The position numbers and the translations under genes were made by a program. 64,000 nucleotides of DNA from Basidiobolus meristosporus CBS 931.73 (Eukaryota; Fungi; Basidiobolomycota): assembly GCA_002104905.1 (NCBI GenBank), contig MCFE01000213.1, positions 62,001 through 126,000 of the forward strand, read 5' to 3'. This document shows positions 22,138-35,242 of the stretch, in pieces. The notes beneath the pieces are model-generated. The model was not told where the DNA came from. It did no database searches and saw nothing but the letters and a program-made list of their open reading frames with translations. Numbering within the stretch: the first letter of the stretch is position 1; the number at the start of each line of letters is the position of its first letter.

Positions 22138-22488
22138 TGTTGTAAAATTTGTAATTCCACCTAAATATGCACCTAACTAGGTCACTTAGATGATTACCTT
22201 CAAATCCAAGGGAATACTGACCAAATTCCTTGTTGGGATTTACTTAGAATATTTTCACCACAATATCAGATACCCAACACATGAAAATTCTCAAAATTAT
22301 CCAAACAGCCTCAAACTTTGCACATATGTTCTTGGGACCTTTGTAAGCATATTTTACGTGTTGGTTTACCAAGTCCATGTAAAATATAAATACTACTTTT
22401 ACATTCAATGAATCATTAAGTGAAAACCACATAATCTACTTGTCCTCCCAGTCACTTCCAATATCCGCAAGACTCTTACAACATGGAA

Positions 22489-23661
22489 AGCATTAGAAGA
22501 CACCTACCAGTCATGTTCAGCAGATCAGAGAGAGTATCTTGGACAAAAATTCTCTAATACAACAATGCTCTCAGGATAACAAATGAAAAATATAATTAAC
22601 AGAATTACCCTGTTAGTTGATGAGATGGAATCTGTGGGCATACAAGCTACTAATACAGATGTGATATTTACCCTCTTGAATAGGCTGACAGTTGGACTTC
22701 AGGGCCTTGTATCAGTCTCAGAGTCCAGAACTGAAGATTTGACCTCAAATGTGCTACATGGAAGGCTCCTGGATGAGGATTTAAGAAAATCAATCACCAA
22801 AAAGAAAGAAGGGAAATATGCTTAAATTAGCAATAATAACCACCAAAGGAGGTACTGAAGACACATTAAAGGCAACTGCAACTTTTCTTGCAGCTACAGC
22901 AAAATGAATGGACAAACATCAGCTAGGTGTTTCAAAAAAAATACAATCAGCAGAAGAAGCCTGAATATCACAATACTGCAACAACTGATAAATGACTATT
23001 TGTATCTGCATTAAGCATGACCACAAATAGGGATTCTTACATGGGGTGTATGGACTCTGGAGCATCTTAACACTTTACACAAAAAAAAAATCTTTTGCCT
23101 AATATCATTAGATTCCAATCAAGAAGGTTTGATGGGAGACAACAGAGCACCTAATGCAGTTTGACAGGGAACTATTCAAGTAAGCCTCAGAGGTAGTGAA
23201 GGAAACCACAAACTTACCTTCAAAGAAGTATTCTATGAACCAAAAACAGCCAGGAGCCTACTATCTGCAAGCAAGGCCAAAGCAGATGGACTTGATTTCA
23301 GTATGACTATTCTGTATGCAGGTTTGGTGATCAAAAGTTTCCCATATTGCTTTAGGTATCAGTGCTCAGAATCTACATTAGTTCACCTATATTCCATCAT
23401 GTCTGGAAGCCAGCATAAGTAACTTAAATGAAGAAACACCAATGCACTAGTAAGGGTGATTTGGACACATAAAATCTGATTATTTAAGCAAAATAATCAA
23501 AAATCAGCTGATTGGTCAAAAAAAAATTAATCAACCAACTAATTTAAAGCATTGTGAGTCCTGCTTATATGGGAAACAAGTCATAGAACAGTTCAAGAGC
23601 TCTGGGCTAGTCAAAACTAAGAAAAAAGTGTATCTATTTTAATCAGATCTGTGTGGGCCTA
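22489..23661 (+). pseudogene. Copia-B continuation (gag, PR, INT start), heavily decayed
   Basis: Resumes WKALEDTYQS after TSD TGGAA; MDSGAS and SDLCGPM remnants; ends at an inverted LTR tip. Confidence 0.75.
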
Positions 23662-23727
23662 TGTAGTATTGTAGGACTTTTGGAGATATTGGAAGTGATT
23701 GGGAGAACAAATAGATTGTGTAGTTCT
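23662..23727 (-). repeat. Inverted 3' tip of a Copia-family LTR
   Basis: Reverse complement reads ...TTGTTCTCCCAATCACTTCCAATATCTCCAAAAAGTCCTACAATACTACA, like the 3' ends of the Copia LTRs. Confidence 0.55.
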
Positions 23728-26700
23728 TGTTGTAAAGATTTGTAATTCCACCTAAATATTCACCTTACATAGTCACTTAGACAATTACCCTCAAATCCTA
23801 GAGAATACTGACCAAATTCCTTATTGGGACTTACTTGGAATATTTTCACCAAAATACCAGGTACCCAGAACATGAAAATTCTCAAAGTTGTCCAAGCAGT
23901 CCCAAACTTTGCACACATGTTCTTGGGACCTTTCTTAACCTATTCTACATGGTTGTAATGCCAAGACAAGGTAAAAGTATAAATACCACTTTTATATTCA
24001 ATAAATCATTAAGTGAAAACTACACAATGTACTTGTTCTCCAAATCACTTCCAATATCTCCAAGACTGTTACAACAGGTTATGAGCCCTAAGCTGTCACT
24101 CTCTGCAATGTCTGCTACTGCTATAACTGGAATTTTTCCCTCTGCTCAAAAGCTGGATGGATCTAACTACCAAGTGAGGAAGGTGAAGATGGAGATGCTG
24201 CTACAAGAAAGAGGCCTTTAGGATATTGTCATGGGAGAAGAATGCCCTCCTAAATATATGGGAGAGGAAGCCTCAAAGTACCAGAAGAAAGAACAAAGTG
24301 CCTTTAACTGCATTTGCCTTAATGTTAAGGACAAATTGCTAATTCAATGCTCAAGAGCAAAAACGGCAAAGAATGCCTGGAAAGCATTAGAAAACACCTA
24401 CCAGTCATGTTCAGCTGCCAAGAAAATGTATCTGAGACAAAAATTCTTTACTACAAAGATGCTGCCAGGAGAAGAAATGAAAAATCTAATTAACAGAATT
24501 ACCCTGCTTGTAGATGAGATGGAATCTGTGGGCATACCAACTACTGATGAGGATGTGATAGTTACCATACTGAATAGTCTGACAGACAAGTTTCAGGGCC
24601 TTGTATCAGCCCTAGAGTCCAGAACTGAAGATTTGACCTTAAATTACGTATATGGAAGGCTCCTGGATGAAGAATTAAGAAAATCAAGTGCCAATAAGAA
24701 GGAAGAAGAAAATGCTTGAATAAGCAATGATAGCCAACAAAGGAGGTACCCAAGACCCTACAAAGGCAACAACAACCTGCTTTGTAACTACTGCAAAAGG
24801 AAAGGACACACATCAGACCAGTGTCTCAAAAAGAAAGATAATCAGCAAAAGAAGCCTGAATATGGAAATGCTGCAACAACTGAAGATAGACTATTCATAT
24901 CTGCACTAAATATGACCACAAACAGGGATTCTCAGATGTGGTATATTGACTCTGGAGCATCTCAACACTTTACACACCAAAAAGAACTTTTTACCAAATA
25001 TTAAGAAATTCCAATTAAGAAGGTTTTCATGGGTGACAATAGAACACTTGATGCAGTGGGAGAAGGAACTATTGAAGTAAGCCAATGAAGCAGTGAAGGA
25101 AGCCATACACTGACCTTTGAAGAAGTACTCTATGTACCAGAAATAGCCAAGAACCTACTCTCTGTAAGCAAGGCCACAGCAGAAGGACTCAGTTTCAGTT
25201 TTGACAATTCTGGTTGCAGGATCACTGATCAAAATGGTGCCCATATTGCGTTGTGGTGGTGTGTAAGTCCAAGGGAGAGATACGTCCAACACTTCTCAAG
25301 TGTTTTGAGTGTGGGGTGTTCACTGGGTGCAATAACCTCTGGCAAAAGCTTGCTAGGAATACTTGGGTTCTGTTTCTAATCTAATGTGAAGGGGAATAAA
25401 GCCACAAGCTTGTCAAGGGAAAACTATTGAGCTACAATCCCCAACTTAGTTGGCATCTTAACAAAAGTATGTGCTGGGTTCAGCGTCCTTTGAGATGACA
25501 ATGTACTAAAGCTTCCAAAGTCAAAACAACTGTAAACTCCACCAGCAGGGACTTGACAAGAATGCAGCTGTGGTCAATAGTTACAAAGACAGAAAAGTAT
25601 CTTTGCCTGTACAAGAACTAACTTGGGAAAGAATCAAATATAATAAAAGATACCTACTCTGAGTATTCCTCACAAGTAGTGCCTCCAAGGTCAGTTGGCT
25701 GTCAGCGCGGTTTCCTGGGAGTGTCCTGTGGTCTAGGGTTGGAAGTTCAGGTAGCAGCAGGTAGCAGTGATCACACTAATCAACAAGTCGGTATATTGAT
25801 AAAAGGGATGATGATTTATTGTTAAGGGATAGCCTCCCTTATATACTTTTCTCACTGGCTAAGTGATTACTAATCATAGTGTTCCAGAAGGTTCTGGAGA
25901 TCAATAGAAATCTTAATGACATCAGAATGACCTAAGAATGTTCTAAATAGGTGCCAAAAGGTTCTAAGAGGCACAGCACATCCAACCAATCAGGAATCAG
26001 TATTCTGAAACCTGTGTAACATGGGGATACCATATATGGTATGGAAATGGTAGGGATGGTGACACGGGCTGATCATGTGTAACGGGTACTGGCGCAGGTA
26101 CTTGCCTAATATAGAAGTACTTATAGCTAGTAATCTTACATAAAGTGAGGGGTAACTTATGCAATAAGGTAAGCAGGTGTGATAGTCAACCGGCTTATGG
26201 GATAGTACTGATTGGGTAAGACAAATGGGATAAAACTAAAATTAGTGTAGTAGAGATATAGGGAAATAGAAAATAAGGGAATGAGCACATCTGTCAGTGG
26301 GTGTCACTGTCACCCTACTACAGCATTGGGCATCAGAGATCAGAATCTATACAAGTTGACTTATATTCCATCATATCTGGAAGCCAATATAAGTAACTTA
26401 AATGAAGAAACACCAATGCTTTGGCACAGGAGATTTGGACACATCAATTTTGATTATTTGTGCAAAATGATCAAAGATCAGCTAATTTCTGGAGTGAAAA
26501 TTGATCCCCCAGCTAATTTGGAGCACTGTGAAGCCTGCATATATGGGATACAGGCCAGACAACCGTTCAAGAGCTCTGGGTTAATCAAAACTAAGAAAAA
26601 ATTAGATCTAATTCACTCAGATCTGTGTGGACCTATGCAAAATTTATCGTGAGGCAGGATGAAGTGTTTAATCATTTTATTGATGATTATACAAGATACA

Positions 26701-28244
26701 CATGGGTCTACTTCATGGAGAGAAAGTAAGAAGCTCTGTCTAAGCTCAGGGAGTTAAAGCCATGGTGGAGAGAGAAACTGGTGAAAAAATCAAGATAATA
26801 TGTTCTGACAATGGTGGAAAATATATCTCAAAACTCTTCATCCACTTCTGCAAAATTCATGGGATAAAGCAAGAGACTACTGTACCATACTCCCCACAGC
26901 AAAATGAAGTTGCAGAACAAGCTAACAGATCAATAATTGATATGGCAAGATCTATGATCCATGATCAAAAATTATCCTATGATTTCTGGGCAGAATCAGT
27001 TGCCACTGCTGTATACCCTAAATATAGTAGTTATAACAGAATACTTTGTGATTCTACTTCATCTGAAGCATAGTATGGATATAGACCAAGTGCAGAACAT
27101 CTAAGAATATTTGCGTGTACAGCATATGCCAAAAAACTGCCTGGAAGTCAGTCAAAATTTGAGCCAAAAAGTGTAAAATGAATATTTTTGGGCTACTGCA
27201 ATTAGTGTAAAGCATACAGACTCTACAATACCAAAGCAAAGAAGCTAATCAAGTCCAGGGATGTGTTGTTTGATGAAGATTCAAAATATTCACAAAAAAT
27301 GACATCAGATGATGACAAAATCTGATCTCAAGTCCACCAATTGTCCGGATTGAATCAGAACAAAACAATGAAAATTTTTTCACTCCAGAGGACTCTACAA
27401 CCGTGTTTCAGCCAGAACCAGTGCCCAGGAATATCCCAGAAGTGATCATTCCAGTATCAAATGCCTGGAGATCCAATTGGACAAGAAATAGCCCAAATTA
27501 CTATATCAATGAGGGTACAAACTTAGCCTATGCCTATTCAGTCCATATTGATGAACCCCAGACTGTAAAAGAGGCCCTAAATAGCCCTCAGACAAAGTTT
27601 TGGAGATCTGCAATGACTGAGGAATATCAGGCCCTGATGGAAAATCAAACTTGGGACTTGTTCAAATTACCAATCAACTAAAAATCAATTGGATGCAGAT
27701 GGGTCTTCAAGATAAAATACAAGGCTGATGGTACAATTGAAAGATACAAAGCAAGACTTGTAGCCAAAGGATACTTTCAAACAAAAGGACTTGACTATAC
27801 TGAGACCTTTGCACTGGTAGCCAAGTTTGATTCCATCAGATTAATATTGGCTGTTGCAGCAAAATATAAGTTTTTTATTCATCAAATGGATGTAAAAACT
27901 ACATTTTTGAATGGAGAACTTGATGAGGACATGTATATGGACCAGCCTGATGGGTTTGTTGACCAATATAACCCCCATTTGGTCTGCAAGCTTAAAAAGT
28001 CACTATATGGTCTCAAACAATCACCAAGAGCCTGGAATTGCAAGATAGATTCTTATTTGGAATCTTTGAGATTCAAAAGGAGTAATGCTGACTATAGTAT
28101 ATACTATAAGCCAGATAGAACAAATCCAGTTCTATTGGCTCTATATGTGGGTGATCTTATTATAGCCACCAATAACCTAGCAATATTGGAAGAGACTAAA
28201 TCCAGCCTATCTAGGGAGTTCAGGATGTCCAATCCAGGAGAACC
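23728..28244 (+). mobile_element. Copia-C: 5' LTR, PBS and decayed gag-pol truncated in RT
   Basis: LTR 23728-24076; PBS GGTTATGAGCCC at 24077-24088, whose ATG starts gag (MSPKLSLSAM...). Motifs CNYCKRKGHTSDQC, WYIDSGASQHF, LWHRRFGHIN, IHSDLCGPM, QMDVKTTFLNG; several stops. Interrupted by a solo LTR at 25252. Confidence 0.9.
25252..26322 (-). mobile_element. Gypsy-C solo LTR (1071 bp)
   Basis: Near-identical to 62077-63147; 4-bp TSD GCGT (25248-25251) / GCAT (26323-26326); Copia reading resumes across it. Confidence 0.92.
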
Positions 28245-28247
28245 TTA

Positions 28248-28730
28248 GTGCTGTGACAATAATTGCATGGCATTGTTACATTCTCAATGAGCTCTACAGC
28301 TATTTTGAATGAATCTAACTGGCCAGGACATCCAGTTGCCTTATATGGCAAAAAACATGATGATGTTTTGATGACCTCACTGCAACACTCTGATGGCATT
28401 ATTATGACAGTATAGCGGTCTAGAGCTGGTTCTGTATAATGCTATTGTACCAATTTGCCAAATAGTATTTCCTTTTTCTACCTCCCATTATGCAATTCAT
28501 ATATTTCACTGTTGAATCACCTCTCTTTATTTGCTTACCCACTACTACCTTGGGTATTCCACATATAATTTGAACCAAAAAATATTATAGCCTCCTGCTT
28601 ATTAACCTCTACAAACGTGCACACCTGATGTAATTGACATACTTCTATCACCTCAACTTAACAGCTTTTTAGTGTGATACTTTCAAAGTTGCCATATACC
28701 TTGTACTGCTGGTAACATACATCTTGCAAA
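28248..28730 (-). mobile_element. CACTA fragment (transposase C-terminus and downstream region)
   Basis: Colinear with 50597-51080 and 61897-62076. Confidence 0.75.
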
Positions 28731-29689
28731 TGTTACCAGTCTTGGTTTAAGAGTTGTAGAGGAATAAGGAGTTTAGCTGGCATTGTATTCATTAAAACTT
28801 GAACTGATTTCTATACAGGTTCCAGCAGCTCCTTATATATATTTTGCCAGATCAATTGCTGACTAATTGTATTTCCCAATGTAGGCTGTGGGTGATGACT
28901 CATTTGATTGCATCATCATCACCCAATAAGATGCTACTTAATATATCTATTTCTGTCTGATAAGGATTTGCTGATTCATTTGCTGACTAACACTACTTAT
29001 CTGATAGCTAACCCTGATATACTGATAGGCTAAGCATATAACCAATTGATTTGACTAAAAACCAATCTGACTTAAACATTCAAGTGGTGGATCATAACAT
29101 TCTCCCCTACTGAAGTTGGGAGGGTTCTCCTGAACCTCTTTTCTTGTGATACCAATATCTTGATGGCTCAGTATTGTTGGCAAGTCTTGCAAGTTTGAGT
29201 CTGTCTCTATGAACTAAATCTTCCTGGATATTCCCTAGTTTGTTCACTAGTTGGTAAGTTGCAAATAGAAAATCTCTGATGATCTTAAAAGGCCCTGTCC
29301 ATTGTGGCTCAAACTTCTTCCAAGTATTGTTTCTCAGCAATACAAAGTTCCCAACTGTCAATGATTCTGGTGATATAGTCTTGTCAAATCTCTGCATCAT
29401 ATTTACTGCACTTTGAGATACTTTGGCCTGTGCCTCTTAACGTCTTTGTTTCAGCTGCTGGTGTCTATTTGGCTGACTGAGCTCATCTTCTAAGGCACCT
29501 GTAAGCTTTGGGTGTGTGAGATCTCCTGGAATCCTTGTCTCACATCCATACATTACGTAAAATGGCAATTGTTGGGTGGTGTTGTGTACTCTAACTCTGC
29601 ATGCAAAAAGTGCTTGGTCTATATACTCATCCCATCTACTGACAACTCCATTTGCACACTTGGTCAGCATTCTTCCAAATAATCCATTA
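28731..29689 (-). mobile_element. Gypsy-B fragment: integrase C-terminus, PPT and 3' LTR (28731-29099)
   Basis: 369-bp LTR; PPT AGTAGGGGAGAA; VGNFVLLRN...QWTGPFKI and YIDQALFACRVRVH integrase fragments. Confidence 0.85.
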
Positions 29690-30072
29690 AACATTTTTTT
29701 GAGGTCAATGTTGTGCATGATGTGTAAGAGCAGAGAAGAACTGCAGATATGCATCTGGTACTCAATACCCATGGCACTCTGAATTTAGCTCCTGTGGCTT
29801 GTAACATGTCACAAAAGTGCATGGCACTAACTTGGTCCACTAGTAATAACTGGCACTATAAGTGCTTTGTATAGATCTTACTTTAGGGCAAATAATTGAA
29901 TATATTGCCAGTTGGTACTAGTGGACCAAGTTAGTGCCATGCACTTTTGTGACATGTTACAAGCCACAGGAGCTAAATTCAGAGTGCCATGGGTATTGAG
30001 TACCAGATGCATATCTGCTGTTCTTCTGTGCACTTATACATCCTGCACAGCATTGATCCACAAAAAAACATT
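29690..30072. repeat. Long inverted repeat (foldback / MITE-like)
   Basis: Perfect 103-bp arms at 29743-29845 and 29916-30018, 70-nt spacer, and ~50 bp of further mismatched outer arms. Confidence 0.9.
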
Positions 30073-30259
30073 AATAACTGGTTTTTCTCCTGCATCATTG
30101 ATGAAACACAGGGGCCGCTTTGCATGAAGATGCAGAGCTATGCTTCACACTCTGTGGGCAAGTATAGGTTCACTTGGCCTCTCTGGCACACTATGGCATC
30201 ATTTGGCTCTCATGGCTCAATGTGGCACTATCCAACTGAATAAGTCTAATATATCCCTA

Positions 30260-33200
30260 CTCCCTGCTGGATTCTAGTCCCCCTTATTGGTGCACTCTGG
30301 CTCTTGTTTGTATGAGTTCCATATTGAATGGTGTAGAAGTTGGCTAGTGACCATGAGAAATCTGGCATACCTTGGTAGAGTTTTCTTAATGGCAATTAGT
30401 TGCTTGTTGCACCCAACCCAACTTTGTATTACTTAACTGATCACCCATGCATTGGGGCTGCTTAGCTTCTTAATGCCATAGGCATAGGTGTCTCCATGTG
30501 CACATCTGTACTTAGTGTTTTCCAACTCTCCCTGGCTGTCCTCCATGTGCCAACTCATCATATCCATGCCAGAATTGAAGGTAATATTCTTAACAAGATT
30601 GGGAAATGGTTGTATCTGCAACTTTACTTGTCTTCCTGTGGCCACACACATCCACTCCATTGGAAACTCCCAAAAGGTGAAGCAAGGCCCAACATTCTCC
30701 ATACACCAAGCAAGGTGGATTAGAGATTGGATATAGTTGCAGCAGAGATATAGACATTCAGCTTTATGCTTGTAGTGTAGCCACTTGAATCCTGTCACAA
30801 ACTCCTTGCACAACAGCTATAGATTTGTCAAGTTGGCATTGGTGATCCAGTTCTGGATAAATATTCCTACATGTCCACATGCAACTCCCAATGCTTCCAA
30901 TGTACTTGTGGTAGGAATGGCTTTAAAACACCACTTGAATAAATAAATATCCAGTTCATCCAGTCTTTGCATTTGTATTGTTGCATATGCGTATGAATAC
31001 TAATTGGAGCTGGTGAGAAGTACTTAGGGTAGCAGATACTCTGTAATATCTTGCCAATTCTTTCAAATTTCTCCAGTATCTCAGAGGGCTCATTTATATT
31101 AAACTTTCCCATGTACAACTTAGTCATCAGTATAGGGATATTGCTGAAAAGTAAATGCATTGCTCCCAGTGGAAAGCTTTTGCTCCAGCAGATACCCTCT
31201 ATCTTACATATCTCTGGTTTCCAATTGATTCCATATTCCAGCCAATGACTTCTAGCTTGCCAACTTTGCGGCAATTGCATGCTGACTTCCGTACATTCTC
31301 TCTGTGGAAAGATGATGTTCTTAGTGCTGGTGTTTGGGTAATAAAAATGTGTGTAAGTTATGGAGTAAAACTCCTGGATCTCACATATTTGACAGCAATA
31401 CTGTCCATTATGCCTGGAAGAACCTGCTATCTTGCTGATGGCTGGGGTATCTTCAATGCTGATAATAATATGAGCTTCTACATGATTGCCATTTGCTGTT
31501 ATCCCGCAGGAAAGCATACAAAGCTCATCCAGCAATGGATACAGGTAGCTATCCAGGTTGAACACTGATTTAGGCCTAGATACTGGTGAGACTACCATCA
31601 GATTAATGCACTGTACCTTAAGATGGGTGGCAGATTCAGATTGATGAGAATCAGTGGCCAGCAGGATTCACTAGTGGAGTACTTGTTAAAAGAGAATCTA
31701 TCCAGTACTAAGGCAAAGGTATAGTCATACATACCTTCAATGTAGGCCTTGCTACTCAGCCATTTGTAATGATTGCCACCAAATGTATCTGATATATTTA
31801 GGTAATACTGGAATAAATCTGGAGTGTGGACAATATTTTCCCCTAATGGTGGTGGATTCCTGACAAGTTGGATACCTTGCAATGGTGGCATTTTTTGATG
31901 TGAGTGCCATGCAACTGTTAGCACATGCTGGTATCAGGATGGTGTCTGGGTCATATGTTGCCAGCCACAAAATGGTGGTCTATTTATATCATGTACATGA
32001 TAGGTTTCATCCCAGGATGTTTTGGCAAGAAGTTGTAGTAAATCCTCAATGCCCCCATTACCAATATTAGTGATACATGAAACTTCTCTAGCCACAACAT
32101 CACATTATTCACCAGTAGATGGATTCCTGGGCTCACCTGACTCCATAGAGTGTCCTTTTCCACAGGTATTGTGTCATCAAATAATGAGATTTTGCCAGGC
32201 TCATGCAGGGTACAGCTGTTAGGGAAGATAGGCTCACAATCCGTAAGTGTGCCTGCTTCTTCAGAGCTATTACTCAGTGTGCCATACTTGAAAGGCTGGG
32301 ATGAACTTAAAGGCATCACAAACTCTCCTAGCTCAGTTTGCACACGGTGACAAGTACAGCTACATGCCATTACAGAAGTATCAAGTGGCTGGCAAGATAT
32401 TGTTGGTACAGTACTGACTGGTGAATGGTCAAATATGACTAGTGTGGCAAAACTGGCCATGATCCTTGTAATACTTCCTATTCTGTCTGCATGCTTCATG
32501 GCTGAGAGTCTTGCTACAACAGCCACATAGTAATTTGTCTCTTCTTTTATAGTGTTAAATCAAAGTAGCCTTGGCCATGGGGCAAACAGTTTTATACTCA
32601 ACAATGTAATGCTAATATTACACTTTTTTGTCAGTACTCATGTGAATCCAAGACAGTCCTCTACTTGAGACAGTGCACCTACATGAATGTAAAATTCAAT
32701 GATGACCCACCATAGTAAGCATTATAAATGAAGTTGTGGCTGTTGCAATACTGTGAGGAGTATTGGAAGTGATGTGGAGATCTAGAGGATTTACATTTAT
32801 TCCCTTGCAGATTTATTGATCAAAAGTATGGTATTTATACTGCTGATAAAGTAGAGTAAGTAAACATGTAAAGTTTGTTAAGAAAGGTCTCAAGAATATG
32901 TGTGCCAAGCTTAGGGGCTTTTGGACAACTTTGAGAACAATCATAATTTGGGTACCTGATAATATGGTGAAAATATTCTAAGTAAATCCCAACAAGAAAT
33001 TTGGTCAGAGTGTTAATTGAATAATAAGAGTTATGTGACTAAGTTAGTATGAATATTTTGGTGACAACTTAATAATTAAAACACTCCCATGCAACAAAAT
33101 ATTCATGAGTTATAAATACACATTGAGAGTGTGCAACCTGTAAAAGTGTATAGGACTTAGCTGTGTTGCATACTAGACTAAAATATTATCTAGCAGTATA

Positions 33201-34899
33201 TGCATTTGTGTTTAGCTTATTTGAACAAGAAAAACTTGTAACTCAAGGTGCATATCTACTTATACCTATAAAATCAGAATGAACCAATCAAGATAGTAAT
33301 CATTAGTTTTGATCAGTTTTGCAAGAATGCATAATGCTCTAAGTCTAATTGTCAGATTATAATACTGATATATAGCCTTTAGGCTATTCAATGCTTCATA
33401 TTTGCGCAAAATTGACCCACTTTTGGTCAAGTTAGGGTTTTGTCATTTATAGCAGATCCGGAGTTTCCTTATTTTGAGGCAAAAGTCTCATTTAGACAAC
33501 TATAATGTATGTCCATATTTGGCTCAGGGACAGCTACTTCCATTATATTGACTTGATATGAGGTAAGAGAAATGACCTATATTGGGCTAAGTTAAGGTTT
33601 TGTCATTTACGCCTGATCTGGATTATGCTCATTTCTGGGCACAGCAGCACATACAAACATGGCAAAAAAAAGGTTCTTGCTCAGCTCTGAGCTGGGATGG
33701 CCTGCTCCTACTTGAGCCACGTCTGTTTAGTAATTCAGATGCAGTATCAATACACTTAAGACAAACATAGCAATCTTCCATTGGACTGTGTAGTACATAT
33801 CAGTACTCCAGGTGGATATATATACATTATATGTCATTGCAATCCTTGCAATCCAGGGAGCTTGTTTCTGCAATCCTTTTACATTAATAGGTAGTCCAAA
33901 AATAGTGGTTAGCAGCTCCAATACTTGCGTTCTCAGCCTTATTTTTGAGTGGCAGCAGATTTGGTAAAATTTGTAGATCTGGACCCTCAATTGCTTGAAT
34001 TACACAATTTTCTTCAGTAGTGGTAGAGCACCAACATACTATATTTCTTGACATATTGCATGTCAACTGCATAGACTCTCCTTCATAATCAGCTCAAGTA
34101 GTTATTGAATGAGTCTTTTAAAGGTAAGTCCTTCTTCTCCACAGCAATATCCTCATGAACATAGTCCTTTTGGCAGTGGTAGTTATCTTTAACTTTGGCA
34201 GTACAATAGAGTGGAAAATCATTCTCCAGACTAGCAGGAATGGATCCAAGGAAAAGTAGACACTAAGAGGACAGCAAGCTTGGGGCTCATAACCTGTTGC
34301 AATATTCTGAGGAGTACTGGAAGTGATGTGGAGATCCAGAGTATTTGCATGTAATTAACTTGAAGATTTATTGATCAAAAGTATCATATATATACCTTTG
34401 AAAGAATAGTGCAAACAAACATGTAGAGTTTGCTAAGGAAGGTTCCAAGAATATGTGTGCCAAGTTTGGGTGCTTTTGGACAACTTTGAGAAAGTTCATA
34501 ATCGTGGTACCAGATAATTTGGTGAAAATATTTTAGGTAAATCCCAACAAGAAATTTGGTCAGGCCCAAGTGTTAATTAAAGAATAAGATCTACATGACT
34601 AAGTTAGCATGAATATTTTGGTGACAACTTAATAATTACAACAGTGGCTCCACATACACATGTATTTGTTATACCATTTCCCCTTTGGTTTGACTCACTT
34701 TTGTTTATATGCTGCCAACAGATAAATCAAAGGTGTCTGGCTCCCAACCAAACCCCACTGCTGACTGCAGTAGAAGAACTGTTGGGCCACAGCTTGCTTT
34801 GACATTAAATGCCACAAACAGGCCTACAACAAAAATGCCCTGTGGACAGTGTGCCCACTGAATTTATTAATACAGACTCTTAAGATCCCATCAGGAGAC
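30260..34899 (-). mobile_element. CACTA/EnSpm copy D (transposase pseudogene ~30260-32641 on minus; ORF2 start at 34709 on plus), interrupted by LARD-2
   Basis: Transposase_21/tnp2-like motifs FALVLDRFS...CWPLILINLNLPP, LDSYLYPLLDEL, DTPAISKIAG, FPLGAMHLLFSNI, HLAWCMENVGPCFTFWEFPMEW; N-terminal CANSCMA..CPTC. Confidence 0.85.
32741..34643 (-). mobile_element. LARD-2, shorter sibling of LARD-1
   Basis: LTRs 32741-33083 and 34295-34643; PBS at 34283-34294; TSD GTGGC at 32736-32740 and 34644-34648; interior matches the 5' and 3' parts of LARD-1 but lacks ~17650-19015. Confidence 0.9.
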
Positions 34900-35052
34900 T
34901 GTTGAAATATTAGACTATTTGGTATCATTCAGCAGCTAAAAGCTTACTTAACAGCTCTAGACTAGTCTTGAGCACTGTAGACTAATTAGAAGTCCTAGTT
35001 TTGCCAGTTTCTTCAGATCTATGATCCTATGATTATTCCACTATGGTCAAGA
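34900..35052. repeat. Partial copy of the short TG..CA repeat at 42031-42236 (opposite orientation)
   Basis: TGTTGAAATATT(A/G)GACTATTTGGTATCATTC... shared between the two sites. Confidence 0.55.
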
Positions 35053-35242
35053 CCTTATGAAAAGTTATTGTAATGATCCCATCAAAAGGCCATCAAGAAG
35101 TAGAAGTCCCATAACTAAGAGGTACTAATCCCATCAGGACCATGTCTAGAGATTGTTAAAAAATAATTGCACTCCAGATTTTGCAAAAAACTTGGTCAAA
35201 AAAAATTCTTATCACAACAATGCACAAGGGGCCTTTGACAAG
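35053..35242. mobile_element. CACTA terminal fragment (ORF2-side TIR)
   Basis: CCTTATGAAAAGTTATTG start; colinear with 43668-43830. Confidence 0.75.

Larger units (their letters stand above)
7438..22483 (+). mobile_element. Copia-A LTR retrotransposon, full span, decayed, host to three nested insertions
   Basis: 5' LTR 7438-13692 (interrupted by the chromovirus) and 3' LTR 22138-22483, both TGTTGTAAA...TTACAACA, visibly diverged (~80% by eye). 5-bp TSD TGGAA at 7433-7437 and 22484-22488. Degenerate PBS CATTATGAGCCC at 13693. Confidence 0.9.

Noticed and set aside
30073-30259. ~190 bp of unassigned sequence between the foldback and CACTA copy D
   Set aside because: No homology within the window and no recognisable motif.
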